Notes under the pieces: model-generated
Databases searched by the model: none
The model's input: the letters and a program-made list of their open reading frames with translations, nothing else
Told to the model about the DNA's origin: nothing
Shown: positions 35,970 to 45,139 of the stretch, in pieces
How positions within the stretch are numbered: the stretch's first letter is position 1
How the letters are laid out: each line of letters opens with the position of its first letter
Made by a program: the position numbers and the translations under genes
Assembly: GCA_041402045.1 (NCBI GenBank)
Contig: JAWKSZ010000029.1
Span: forward strand, 270 to 64,269
DNA from: Planctomycetota bacterium
GTDB lineage: Bacteria > Planctomycetota > J058
Length of the DNA stretch: 64,000 nt
Direction of reading: 5' to 3'

Positions 35970-37742
35970 CTACTTCTTTGCCGGGTCCTCGGGGGCCTGC
36001 GGGGCGCCGGTGGCGGGGTCGACGGCGAGGTCCAGGTCCTCGTCGGGGCGCAGGTAGAACACGAAGTGGTAGAGCATTTCCTTCTGCGACTGCAACCCCC
36101 AGCCCACGGGCCGGCTGGGGTCGGGGTTGTAGCCGTTGAGCGGGCTGTTGTCGTAGTAGGTGGAGCAGCGGATCCTGGCGCCGGCGGGCACGAACCGGGG
36201 CTGGCGCAGGACGTAGGCCATTTGCCAGTCGAAGCTGTAGTTGGGCACGGTCAGCAAGCGCTCGGGCTCGCCGCCCTCGAGCTGGAGGTCGAAGCTGAAG
36301 GCCTTCCCGCGCAGGTGCATGTGCCCGAACAGCGCGATCAGGAGCGCGGGGTGCTCGAGGGTGGTCTCGGCGTCCACGCGGTGGTGGTTCGCCCCGGCGG
36401 GCACCTCGAAGTCCCGGCGCTCGATCAGGGTGGAGTAGAAGCGGCGGTGCACCCGCCCGCGGGGGAAGCGGAAGCCGACCCGTACGGAGTCCTGGACCGC
36501 CGTCCCGTTGGGCTGGTAGTGGATCTGGAGCCCGAGCAGCGAGCCCTTGGGGATCAGGGTCGCGACCCCGAACCCGAGCTGCAGCGGCGGGCCGCCGGGG
36601 ACCTTGCCCGCGATCACCTGGGAGCTGTCGAAGGCCTTCCCCGGGCGCAGGAAGAACAGGTTGCAGTGGTGCAGGACCTCGGGGACGGCGTTTTGGATCT
36701 CGATCGCCTCGACCCAGGTGTCGTGCTCGAAGCGGTGCGGGAGCATGACGTACTGGTAGGGCATGCTGCCCTCGGCCACCACCGCGGTCTCGCCGGGCTG
36801 CGCGAGCACGAGGTCGGGGGCCTTGATCGCCCACTCCTGCTTGGGGAACGCGCGCGGCGCGGGGGGCTCGCCCTCGCCGCGGGGCATGCCGCCCTGGACC
36901 CAGGCCACGAGGGTCGCGCGCTGCGCGGCGTCGAGGCCGCGGTGGTTGCTGAATTGCTCAGGGCCCTCGACCGCGAACCAGGGCGGCATGCGCCCCTGCT
37001 CCACGACCTCCGCCAGCATGTCGCCGGTGTCCCGGGCGTCCTCGTAGCGCGTGAGCGCGAAGGGCGCGGAGCCGCCTTCGCGGTGGCAGTCCTGGCAGTG
37101 GCGCTGCACGAGGGCGGCGACCTCGCCGTTCCAGGTCGGGACGCGGTCGTGGGGGCTGGGGCGCGCGGGGCCCGAGAGCTTGCAGCCGTCGACCGGGGTC
37201 TCGGGCACGCTCACCGGCTGTCCGGCAAGGAGCTCGTCCAGGGCCTCGACCAGGTCGCGGCGGGTGGGCTCCGCGCGGGTCCCGCCCAGGCGCAGCTGGT
37301 CGTCGACCCGCCCGCGGTAGCGCAGCACGCGCTCGGCGTCGAGCACCGCCACCTCGGGGCTGCGGGTCGCGCCCACCGCGCGGGCGGCCTCGCCCCAGGC
37401 GTCCTTGAGCGCGGGGAAGGGCAGCTCGTGCTCGAGGGCGAAGGCGGCCATGGCGTTCACGTCGGGGTCGGGGGTCACGTCCACGAACACGAAGCGCACC
37501 CCGCGCTCGGCGTAGTCCCCGGCGAGCCGGCGCAGCTTGGGCAGCGCGCGCAGCGCGATCGGGCACTTGCGGGTGGCGAACACGAGCGCGGTGATCCCGG
37601 GCTCGCCCAGGTCGTCGAGGGAGCAGGGCAGGTAGCGCACGTCGACCGCGGTGAACGGGGCGACGCGCGCGCCGATCGCCGGCTCCTCGGCCAGGGCGGG
37701 GGAGAGGGCGGCGAGCAGGGCCAGGCAGAGCAGGCGGCGCAT
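35970..37742 (-). CDS. Secreted redoxin + c-type heme + copper-monooxygenase-like fusion protein
   Basis: Signal peptide from ATG 37742; AhpC-like TRKCP; CQDCH; MPPW; HHCN; HMHLRGK; YSFDWQ. Confidence 0.8.
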   Translation of the reverse strand: MRRLLCLALLAALSPALAEEPAIGARVAPFTAVDVRYLPCSLDDLGEPGITALVFATRKCPIALRALPKLRRLAGDYAERGVRFVFVDVTPDPDVNAMAAFALEHELPFPALKDAWGEAARAVGATRSPEVAVLDAERVLRYRGRVDDQLRLGGTRAEPTRRDLVEALDELLAGQPVSVPETPVDGCKLSGPARPSPHDRVPTWNGEVAALVQRHCQDCHREGGSAPFALTRYEDARDTGDMLAEVVEQGRMPPWFAVEGPEQFSNHRGLDAAQRATLVAWVQGGMPRGEGEPPAPRAFPKQEWAIKAPDLVLAQPGETAVVAEGSMPYQYVMLPHRFEHDTWVEAIEIQNAVPEVLHHCNLFFLRPGKAFDSSQVIAGKVPGGPPLQLGFGVATLIPKGSLLGLQIHYQPNGTAVQDSVRVGFRFPRGRVHRRFYSTLIERRDFEVPAGANHHRVDAETTLEHPALLIALFGHMHLRGKAFSFDLQLEGGEPERLLTVPNYSFDWQMAYVLRQPRFVPAGARIRCSTYYDNSPLNGYNPDPSRPVGWGLQSQKEMLYHFVFYLRPDEDLDLAVDPATGAPQAPEDPAKK

Positions 37743-37744
37743 GG

Positions 37745-38785
37745 TCAGTTGCCTTTCGCGAGGGGGGCGCAGGAGGCGGCGACCTCGACCAGCTCGGGGT
37801 AGGGCAGGTTCGAGATCAGGGTCAGGTGGGTCGTGCCCTCGGCCCAGCTCAGGACGTAGAAGCCGAACACGACGTTCAGCGTAGCGTCGTGGAGCCCGAA
37901 GGCCACGGGGATCCCCAGCTCGGGGACCAGGATCGGGCCCATGTTGGGGATCTCGGTGAGCGAGAGCCAGTGGCCGCGGTGGCTGAGGATCAACGCGGCG
38001 CCGGTCGCCCCGTCGAGCTCGCTGATCAGGACCTTCTGCAGCGAGTGTCCGGGGGGCAGGTGCTGGGGCACGAGCAGGGGGAACTCGGTCTGGCGCTCGG
38101 CCTCCTCCAGGCTCACCCCCTCCTCGGCCAGGTCCCACTCGTGCACGATCGCGCCCTCGGGGAGCTCGACGGCGAAGGCGTCGTCGGGGACCTCGGCCTC
38201 GAAGTCGATCGCCTCGGCGCGGAAGGAGTAGAACGGGCGGCCGTCGGTGTCCTGCATGTCCAAGCGCAGGGGCACGTGGAAGTGGGCGTCCATGGAGGCC
38301 TGGTAGGGGTAGAGCAGGGGCGCGGGCTCGTCGGGGGTCACGCTCCACTCGCTGACCGGGCGCCCGGCCACCGCGGCGGCCTCGTGCTCCTCGAGGTCGT
38401 AGCGCTCGAGCAGCCAGTGGGTGTTCCAGAGGATCGCGTCGCCGACCTCGTTGCGCGGGGGGACCTCCAGGTGCTTCACCCGCAGCCCGAAGAAGAAGCG
38501 CGGCCACCACACGGTGAGGGTCGAGCCGTCGAACACGAACAGCTCACCCCTGTGCTCCTCGGGCTCGACGACCTCGGCGCGCACGCGCCAGAGCTTGGCG
38601 TAGCGCACGCGCTTGCGCACCTCGACCGTGGGGTCGGCGCGCAGGATCCCGCGCTCGCTGAAGGTCGCGTCGTAGTGCTCGATCGCGTAGAGCCCGGTCG
38701 CCAGGTGGTGGGCGACGGCGTGGGCGCGCAGCCCGGTGCAGCCGGTGAGGGTCAGCGCGAGGAGCGCGAGCAGCGGGCGGGTCAT
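37745..38785 (-). CDS. Lipoprotein with LolA/MucB-RseB-like fold
   Basis: MTRPLLALLALTLTG-C lipobox; FVFDGSTLTVW, VPDDAFAVELPEGA; second domain EFPLLVPQHLPPG. Confidence 0.6.
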   Translation of the reverse strand: MTRPLLALLALTLTGCTGLRAHAVAHHLATGLYAIEHYDATFSERGILRADPTVEVRKRVRYAKLWRVRAEVVEPEEHRGELFVFDGSTLTVWWPRFFFGLRVKHLEVPPRNEVGDAILWNTHWLLERYDLEEHEAAAVAGRPVSEWSVTPDEPAPLLYPYQASMDAHFHVPLRLDMQDTDGRPFYSFRAEAIDFEAEVPDDAFAVELPEGAIVHEWDLAEEGVSLEEAERQTEFPLLVPQHLPPGHSLQKVLISELDGATGAALILSHRGHWLSLTEIPNMGPILVPELGIPVAFGLHDATLNVVFGFYVLSWAEGTTHLTLISNLPYPELVEVAASCAPLAKGN

Positions 38786-39390
38786 GGGGCCTCCCCGAGG
38801 CCGTGGGTGAACAGCGCGGCGATCGCGGTCAGCGCCTGGCCCTCGCTGAGGCCCAGGTGCCGGCGCGCGCCGATCATGCGCTCGACGATGAAGAAGTTGA
38901 AGAACTGCATGTAGACGGTGAGGAAGGCGGTCACCGGGTCCTGGCCCCCCGGGAGCGCGGCGCGGGCGCGCTCGCCGAGGGCGGCGCTGAAGCTCGCGCG
39001 CAGGGCCTGGTAGTAGGGGCGCACGTGGCGGCCCTGGAACTCGACCATGTCGACGTAGATCAGGGTCAGGTAGTCGCGGTGGGCCTCGACGGTGCGCCCG
39101 ATCGCCTGGCCGAGGGCCTCGAGGTCGTGGGGGAACCGGCACTGGGCGAAGTAGTCGGCGAGGGGCGAGTCCTGGGCGGCGAAGGCGGCGTGCAGGCGCT
39201 CGAGGAGCGCGTCGAACAGCGCCTCCTTGCTGGGGTAGTAGGTGTAGATCGCCCCCAGGGAGACCCCGGCCTCCTCCGCGATCTCCCTGAGCCCGGTCCC
39301 GTGGAAGCCGCGGGTCTGGAAGCGCACGAGCGCCGCGTCCTCGACGCGGCGCTTACGGACTTCGATCTGGGCCGGGGAGAGCTTGGGCAT
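38782..39390 (-). CDS. TetR/AcrR family regulator
   Basis: FQTRGFHGTGLREIAEEAGVSLGAIYTYYPSKEALF HTH. Confidence 0.93.
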   Translation of the reverse strand: MPKLSPAQIEVRKRRVEDAALVRFQTRGFHGTGLREIAEEAGVSLGAIYTYYPSKEALFDALLERLHAAFAAQDSPLADYFAQCRFPHDLEALGQAIGRTVEAHRDYLTLIYVDMVEFQGRHVRPYYQALRASFSAALGERARAALPGGQDPVTAFLTVYMQFFNFFIVERMIGARRHLGLSEGQALTAIAALFTHGLGEAP

Positions 39391-39403
39391 GGGGGTCTCA
39401 AAA

Positions 39404-39421
39404 AAAACGAACGAACGTTTT
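39404..39421. promoter_or_regulatory. Putative TetR autoregulatory operator
   Basis: AAAACG-AACGAA-CGTTTT palindrome in the only AT-rich patch, 14 nt upstream of the tetR ATG. Confidence 0.5.
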
Positions 39422-39518
39422 CTTTTAAGGCCTGCCGAAGCTCGCGTCAAGGGCTCTCGGCTCCGCGGGTTGAGCCCCGCAGCCGGCGCCGTAGAATCCA
39501 CGCCCTGTGGAGGCCAGC

Positions 39519-39935
39519 ATGAAGCGTCCCTTGGCGTATCGGCACTTGGCGCGGATCTACGAGATGGTCGGTGTGTCCTCGGTGGCGCGGGTCGCCGTGG
39601 ACCGGGGTCTGTTCCCGTCGCCCGAGCTCGAGCGCCTGGCCAGCGAGGACACGGCGACCGAGGAGGAGGTCCTGGCCCTGGCCCGCGATCGCGGCTGGAC
39701 CCTGCCCGAGGCCGAGCCCTACCGCTGGGGCGAGGTCGGCTCCGAGGAGGTGCTGACCCTCCCGCGCCTGGTGCGGGTGCTCGACCGCGACGTGTTCGAG
39801 CTCGACGAGCTGGGGCGCACGACCGACGACGACGAGGTCGCCTCGCTGGCGGTGCACGTGCGCCAGGAGCGCCGCGCGCTGCTGGCCGAGCTGGACCGGG
39901 TCTACCCCGGGATCATGCTCCCCGGCGCCAAGTAG
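39519..39935 (+). CDS. Hypothetical protein
   Basis: TAGAAT, RBS GGAGG, ATG 39519; GC3-biased codons; no recognised motif. Confidence 0.7.
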   Translation: MKRPLAYRHLARIYEMVGVSSVARVAVDRGLFPSPELERLASEDTATEEEVLALARDRGWTLPEAEPYRWGEVGSEEVLTLPRLVRVLDRDVFELDELGRTTDDDEVASLAVHVRQERRALLAELDRVYPGIMLPGAK

Positions 39936-40033
39936 TCTGGGCGCGGGGCGGGGTGCGGACCCCGCCCGCTGCCCCGGTTCGTCTCGCCTGGCCGCCTCGC
40001 CCCGAGTAGCCTGAGGGGGCCGAGGAGGGCGCC

Positions 40034-41164
40034 GTGGGCGCGACCCTATCCACAGTGGACTCCCTCGACGCGCTGGGCGCGCGCGCGCGCACGCCCCGCA
40101 GCCAGGACGCCCTGGGTCGCCTGGAGAAGCTGGCCAAGAAGCGCGTGGGCCGCGAGGGCCCGTCCCTGGCGCGGATCGCCGCGAGCGCGGCGCTGCGCTT
40201 CGACGACTGGCTGGTCCCCGAGGAATACAGCGTCGGCTACCACACCCCGCTGTGGGAGGCCCTGAGCGAGGCCGAGCGCCTGGCGCTCAACCACTGGGTC
40301 TACTGCCTGCACTACAACAAGATCGTGCGCGGCGAGCGCATGGCGCTGGTGGCGAACTACCTGTTCGCCGACGCGATCGAGGCCCAGGCGCCCCACGTGG
40401 CCGCGCTCCTGCGCCACGAGGCCGAGGAGGAGCGCGACCATATCGCCGCCTTCTCCCGGACCACGAGCCGGATCTACGCGCACTACGGCGTGCCCGGGCG
40501 CTTCACCGGCGACAAGCGCGGCCACGTCTACGTGCGCAACCGCCTGGTCGTGGGCTGGTTGCTCCGGACCTTCGGCGTCGACTTCATCGCGACCTACTTC
40601 ACCGGGCGCGGGATCGCGAACCACCTGGGCAAGGGCTACGAGCTCCCGCTCTGCCGCTACCGCACCTCGAACGCCGCGGTGCAGGAGCTCTCCCTGCTCC
40701 ACACCCAGGACGAGAGCAACCACATGGCGGCCTCGCACCTGATCACCGCGGCCAGCCCCGAGTGCCTCCCGGTGCACCGGCGCTCGCCCTGGAACCGCGC
40801 CGGCGCGCGGCTGGTGCTCAAGGCCACCGCGGTCATGACCTTCTCCGAGGCGATCGTGGAGCGCGTGCACCGCGAGGCGACCCTCGGCGCGCTGTGCTGC
40901 ATGCGCGTGTTCGACGGGCGCTCGACCGCGTTCCTGCGCGAGCTGGTCCGCGCGCACTACGCCCAGCCCACCGGGATCCAGCGCTCGATCAACACCCAGC
41001 TCGCGCGCTCCACGGAGCGGCTGCTCGCCGGGGCGGCCCTCGAGCCCGCCGACCGCGCGCTGTGGGCGGAGACCCTGGTGCGCAACCAGGGCCACCTGCG
41101 CTTCCTGGGCGACGACGTCGCCCGGGGCTGGGCAGGCGGGGGCGCGCCTCAGTCCCGGCTGTAG
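40034..41164 (+). CDS. Ferritin-like diiron oxygenase (AurF/CmlI-like)
   Basis: GERM, EAEEERDH (ExxH) and HTQDESNH (HxxxExxH) diiron ligand motifs. Confidence 0.7.
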   Translation: MGATLSTVDSLDALGARARTPRSQDALGRLEKLAKKRVGREGPSLARIAASAALRFDDWLVPEEYSVGYHTPLWEALSEAERLALNHWVYCLHYNKIVRGERMALVANYLFADAIEAQAPHVAALLRHEAEEERDHIAAFSRTTSRIYAHYGVPGRFTGDKRGHVYVRNRLVVGWLLRTFGVDFIATYFTGRGIANHLGKGYELPLCRYRTSNAAVQELSLLHTQDESNHMAASHLITAASPECLPVHRRSPWNRAGARLVLKATAVMTFSEAIVERVHREATLGALCCMRVFDGRSTAFLRELVRAHYAQPTGIQRSINTQLARSTERLLAGAALEPADRALWAETLVRNQGHLRFLGDDVARGWAGGGAPQSRL

Positions 41165-42078
41165 GTCTCGGGGCGCAGGTCGCGGCGCAGGTTCCACCCC
41201 GAGGGGTCGGGGCGGGTGAGGGTGTCCAGCGCCACGTCCACGATCACCAGCCGCGGGTCCTCGCTCAGGTCGTTGAGCGGGCCCTCGGGGCCGACGACGT
41301 GGCTCTCGCCGAAGAAGGCCTGGTTCCAGGGCGGCTCCTGACCCAGGCGGTTCGAGCCGGCGATCACGATCCGGTGGCGGCAGGCGTCGACGGCGAACTC
41401 CTGGCGCCACATGCGCCGCGACTTCTCGCCGAAGGTCACCGCCGGGGAGACCACGACCTGAGCGCCGTTCTGGGCCAGGCTGCGCATGACGCCCTCGAAG
41501 TGGCGGTCGTAGCAGATCGCGACGCCCACGCGCACCCCCTCGAGCTGGAACACGGGGAAGAAGCGGTTGTCCGAGACGTTCGCCGGGCCCTGGACCATGA
41601 GCCCGTCGCTGCCGTCGTAGTAGTAGCGCTCGTCGAACACGCCCTGTTCGTTCTGGCCCTGGGGCACGTGCACCTTGCGGTAGGTCCCGAGGACCTCGCC
41701 CTTGGCGTCGATCACGACCGCGGTGTTGAAGCGCTGCCCGCTCTCCGGGTCGAGCTCGTAGATCGGGGCCACGACCGCGACCCCCAGCGCCGCCGCGGCG
41801 CGGCTCACCGCGCGCACCGTGGGGCCGCGGCGCGCGTCCTCGGCCATGTCGCGCCACACCGGGTGCTGGGTCAGGGCGAAGTAGGGCCCGTGGAACAGCT
41901 CGCCGAAGCACACGAGCTGCGCCCCGCGGCCCTTGGCCCGGCGCAGGAGGTCCAGGTGGTGCTCGACGCAGGCGTCGCGCAGCTCCGCCAGGCGCGGGCG
42001 GACCTCCTCCAGGCGGTCCAGGGGCGGGAGGTCCTGGACGGGGCACACGGTCTGGGTCAGGGCCAGGCGCAGGCTCAC
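41149..42078 (-). CDS. Carbon-nitrogen hydrolase (beta-ureidopropionase / N-carbamoylamine amidohydrolase-like)
   Basis: Triad FGELF (E), YRKVHVP (K), ICYDRHF (C). Confidence 0.9.
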   Translation of the reverse strand: MSLRLALTQTVCPVQDLPPLDRLEEVRPRLAELRDACVEHHLDLLRRAKGRGAQLVCFGELFHGPYFALTQHPVWRDMAEDARRGPTVRAVSRAAAALGVAVVAPIYELDPESGQRFNTAVVIDAKGEVLGTYRKVHVPQGQNEQGVFDERYYYDGSDGLMVQGPANVSDNRFFPVFQLEGVRVGVAICYDRHFEGVMRSLAQNGAQVVVSPAVTFGEKSRRMWRQEFAVDACRHRIVIAGSNRLGQEPPWNQAFFGESHVVGPEGPLNDLSEDPRLVIVDVALDTLTRPDPSGWNLRRDLRPETYSRD

Positions 42079-43337
42079 GGGAGCTCCGTCAGCTCGAGGG
42101 CGACCCGGAGCAGGGTCGAGATCCCCCGCGCGCACTGCGCGGGGGTCGAGAGCTCGCGGGGGTTGTGGCTGATCCCGTCGTTCTCCCCGGGCACGAAGAT
42201 CATGCCCGTGGGGCAGAGCCGGGCGAACTCCTGGGCGTCGTGGCCGGCGCCGGACACGATCGGGGCGTGGCGCAGGCCCTGAGCGTCGGCCGCGGCGGCG
42301 ATCCGCGCCTGCACGCCCGGGTCGAAGGGGACGGTCCGGGTGCGCGCGGTCTGGCGCCAGCTCAGCTCGACGCCCTCGAGCGCGGCGGCGCGGTCGTAGA
42401 GCGCGAGGACCTCGGCCTCGACCGCCTCCATGAGCGCGTCGTCGGGGTTGCGCAGGTCCACGGTGCAGGTGCAGCTCCCGGGGACCACGTTCACCAGGTT
42501 CGGGGTGGGGCGGATCGCGCCCATGGTCGCCCGCATCTGGCCGAAGCGCCCGCTGCGGATCAGCTCCCGCAGCCCGAGGTTGATCCGCGCCGCGGCGACG
42601 CCGGCGTCGTGGCGCAGCTCCATGGGGGTCGTGCCCGCGTGGGCCGACTTGCCCACGATCGTGAGCTCGTGCCAGCTGATCGCCTGCACGCCGGAGACGA
42701 CGCCGAGCTCCAGGCCCTGCGCCGCGAGCAGCGGGCCTTGCTCGATATGGCACTCGAGGAACGCCGCCGGGGGCGCGACCTGCTCCGGGGCCTCGCCCAG
42801 GAAGCCGATCGCCGCGAGCGCGTCGCGGAGCACGACCCCGTCGCGGTCGGTGAGGCCGTAGGCCTGCTCCAGGGGGATCCGCCCGGTGGCGACCGCGCTC
42901 CCGAGCATGTCGGTGCCGAAGCGGCAGCCCTCCTCGTCGGTGAAGAACGCGACCTCGAGCGGGCGCCGCGTGCGCACGCCGGCGTCGTTCAGCGCGCGCA
43001 CGACCTCCAGCCCGCCTACGACCCCCAGGCAGCCGTCGAAGATCCCCGCGGTGGGCACGCTGTCTATGTGCGAGCCGAGGAGCACCGGCTCCAGGTCGGC
43101 GCTGCCCGCCCGCCGTCCGTAGACGTTGCCGATCCGGTCGACGCGGACCTCGAGGCCCAGCTCGCGCATGACCCCGGCCACGTGGCGTCGGCCCTCGCCG
43201 TCGGCCGGCGTCAGCGCCAGGCGGCACACGCCGCGCAACCCGCTGCGCGGGTCGTCGTAGCTCCCGATCCGGCCCAGGGTCTGGAGCGCGGCGTAGAGCC
43301 GAGCGGGGTCGATCGCGAGCTTCTCGGTGCGCGTCAC
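42075..43337 (-). CDS. M20 Zn-dependent amidohydrolase (allantoate/N-carbamoyl-amino acid hydrolase family)
   Basis: GSHIDSVPTAGIFDG, DEEGCRFG, ECHIEQGP, HAGTTPM, SGAGHDA, GISHNPRE. Confidence 0.93.
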   Translation of the reverse strand: MTRTEKLAIDPARLYAALQTLGRIGSYDDPRSGLRGVCRLALTPADGEGRRHVAGVMRELGLEVRVDRIGNVYGRRAGSADLEPVLLGSHIDSVPTAGIFDGCLGVVGGLEVVRALNDAGVRTRRPLEVAFFTDEEGCRFGTDMLGSAVATGRIPLEQAYGLTDRDGVVLRDALAAIGFLGEAPEQVAPPAAFLECHIEQGPLLAAQGLELGVVSGVQAISWHELTIVGKSAHAGTTPMELRHDAGVAAARINLGLRELIRSGRFGQMRATMGAIRPTPNLVNVVPGSCTCTVDLRNPDDALMEAVEAEVLALYDRAAALEGVELSWRQTARTRTVPFDPGVQARIAAAADAQGLRHAPIVSGAGHDAQEFARLCPTGMIFVPGENDGISHNPRELSTPAQCARGISTLLRVALELTELP

Positions 43338-43387
43338 GGGAGTGAGTATGCCCGACCGCGAGGAGCCGGACGAGCGAGATTCCAGGA

Positions 43388-45080
43388 TCAGTCCTTCGCG
43401 ACGCGGGCCCGGACCTCGGGGTCGAGGCGACCCTGGACGCGGAAGCTGTAGCGCCGGGTGCGGGCCTCGGTCACCGGGACCTCGTCTGCGTAGGTCAGGC
43501 GGTAGCTCTCGAAGCGGGTCTCGAGCTCCGGAACCTCGTTCAGGACCTCGGCCTCGCGGTCGTCGACCTGCTCGTAGTCGTTCCAGCGGCGCCAGGAGTC
43601 GTGGGCCAGGCGGAACAGCTCGAGGTCCGCGGCGTCCTCGCGTCGCAGCTCGCCCAGGGGCGTCAGCTCCTCGGCGTCCACGAGCTCGACCTCCTCGGCG
43701 GGGGCGTCGGCGGGGGCGTCGGCGGCCGGCGTCGGCTGGGGGTCTCGGGGCGCGCCGCCGCCCCAGTCGACCTTGAGCAAGACCCCGGTCACGAGCATGA
43801 CCCCGCCCAGGAACCAGGCGACCTTGGGGATCTGGAACCCGCCGTAGTCCAGGCTCGCGCCGCTGACCTGAGCCCGCTGGCGGCGGAGGCGCTCCGCGGC
43901 CGCGCGGGCCTCGCGCTCGCGCTGCAGCTCGAGCCGATCCTGGGTGCGCAGCGCGATCACGTCGGCGCCGCAGGCGGGGCAGGTGGTGCTGCGCAGCGGG
44001 CGGTGGCCGCAGCCCGGGCAGCCGTCGCTCGGCGGCGCCGCCGGCTCCTCGGGGATCGCCGCGGTGTGCTTGGCGAGGGTCGCGCCGGCGCCGGCGCCGG
44101 CCGGCGGGGCCCCCGCGCCCCCGGGGGGCGCCGTAGGCCACCGTGGCCGCGTCGCCCCCGGCGTGGCCGCCGGGGCCCGCGACCCCGCGCAGCCCCACGC
44201 GCCAGTCGGCGGCGTCGAGGGCCGCGATCAGCGCCTCGACGCTGGGGAAGCGCTCGCCGGGGGTGGAGGCCAGCGCCCGGTCGACCACTCGCTCCAGGGC
44301 CGGCGGGATCGCGCGCACGTGCTCGCGGACCGAGGGGCGCGGGATCTCGCCGTAGCGCGCCTTCATGACCTTGGTGAACACCTCCGCCGGGGTCCGCCCC
44401 GAGTAGGGCAGCGCGCCGGTGAGGGCCTGGAACAGCATGACCCCCAGGGCGTAGACGTCGGCGCGCTGGTCGACCCGCGCCGCGTCCTCGAACTGCTCCG
44501 GAGGCATGTAGAACGGGGTGCCCAGGCCCACGTTCTTGCCGGTGAGCTCGGGGGCGAGGGTGACCGGCTCGTCGGGGTCGAGGGTCGCCGGCGCCGGGGC
44601 CTCCTCGGCGCCGAGCTCCTTGGCGATCCCGAAGTCGGTGAGGTGCAGCCGCCCCGCGCGGTCGACGAGGAAGTTCGCGGGCTTGACGTCGCGGTGGACG
44701 ACGCCGGCGGCGTGGGCCTTGGCCACGAGCCGCGCGGCCTCGTAGACCCGCTCGATCCGCTGCAGCAGCGGGCCGCGGGTCACGTCGAGGTCGCCAGCGC
44801 CGTCGACGAAGTCGATCACCAGGTAGAGCCGTCCGCCGGGGAGCTCGCCCCAGTCGAGGGCGCGCACGATCCCGTCCTGACGGCCCAGCAGGTTGCCGAG
44901 CTTCGCCTCGCGCTTGAGCCGCGCGGCGGCGTCGGTCGCGCCGCGCTCCGGGCTCAGGACCTTGACCGCGACCTCGGCGTCGAACTTCTCGTCCCGGGCG
45001 CGGAACACGACGCCCATGCCACCGCGGCCGATCTCCTCCTGCATGAGGTAGCGGCCGGCGATCTTCGGCGGCACGTCCAT
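43388..45080 (-). CDS. Ser/Thr kinase + Zn-ribbon + TM + extracellular domain; 1-nt frameshift in a C6 run at about 44123-44128
   Basis: IGRGGMG, VAVK, HRDVKPAN, DFG, GTPFYMPPE; removing one C joins the kinase to CPGCG...CPACG and the TM-containing ORF 43388..43960. Confidence 0.8.
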
Positions 45081-45139
45081 GCGCTCCCCCCTCGGCCCCC
45101 AAGGTAGCGGGCGAGGCGGGCCCTGTCTCCGCTCAGGGG

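Noticed and set aside
41149-43227. 692-aa ORF extending the nitrilase upstream
   Set aside because: Upstream part is off-frame of the M20 gene; the nitrilase starts at GTG 42078 overlapping the M20 stop.
42075-45080. Kinase-amidohydrolase fusion (1001 aa)
   Set aside because: Artefact of the homopolymer frameshift; the hydrolase has its own start at 43337 and the kinase ends at 43388 after correction.
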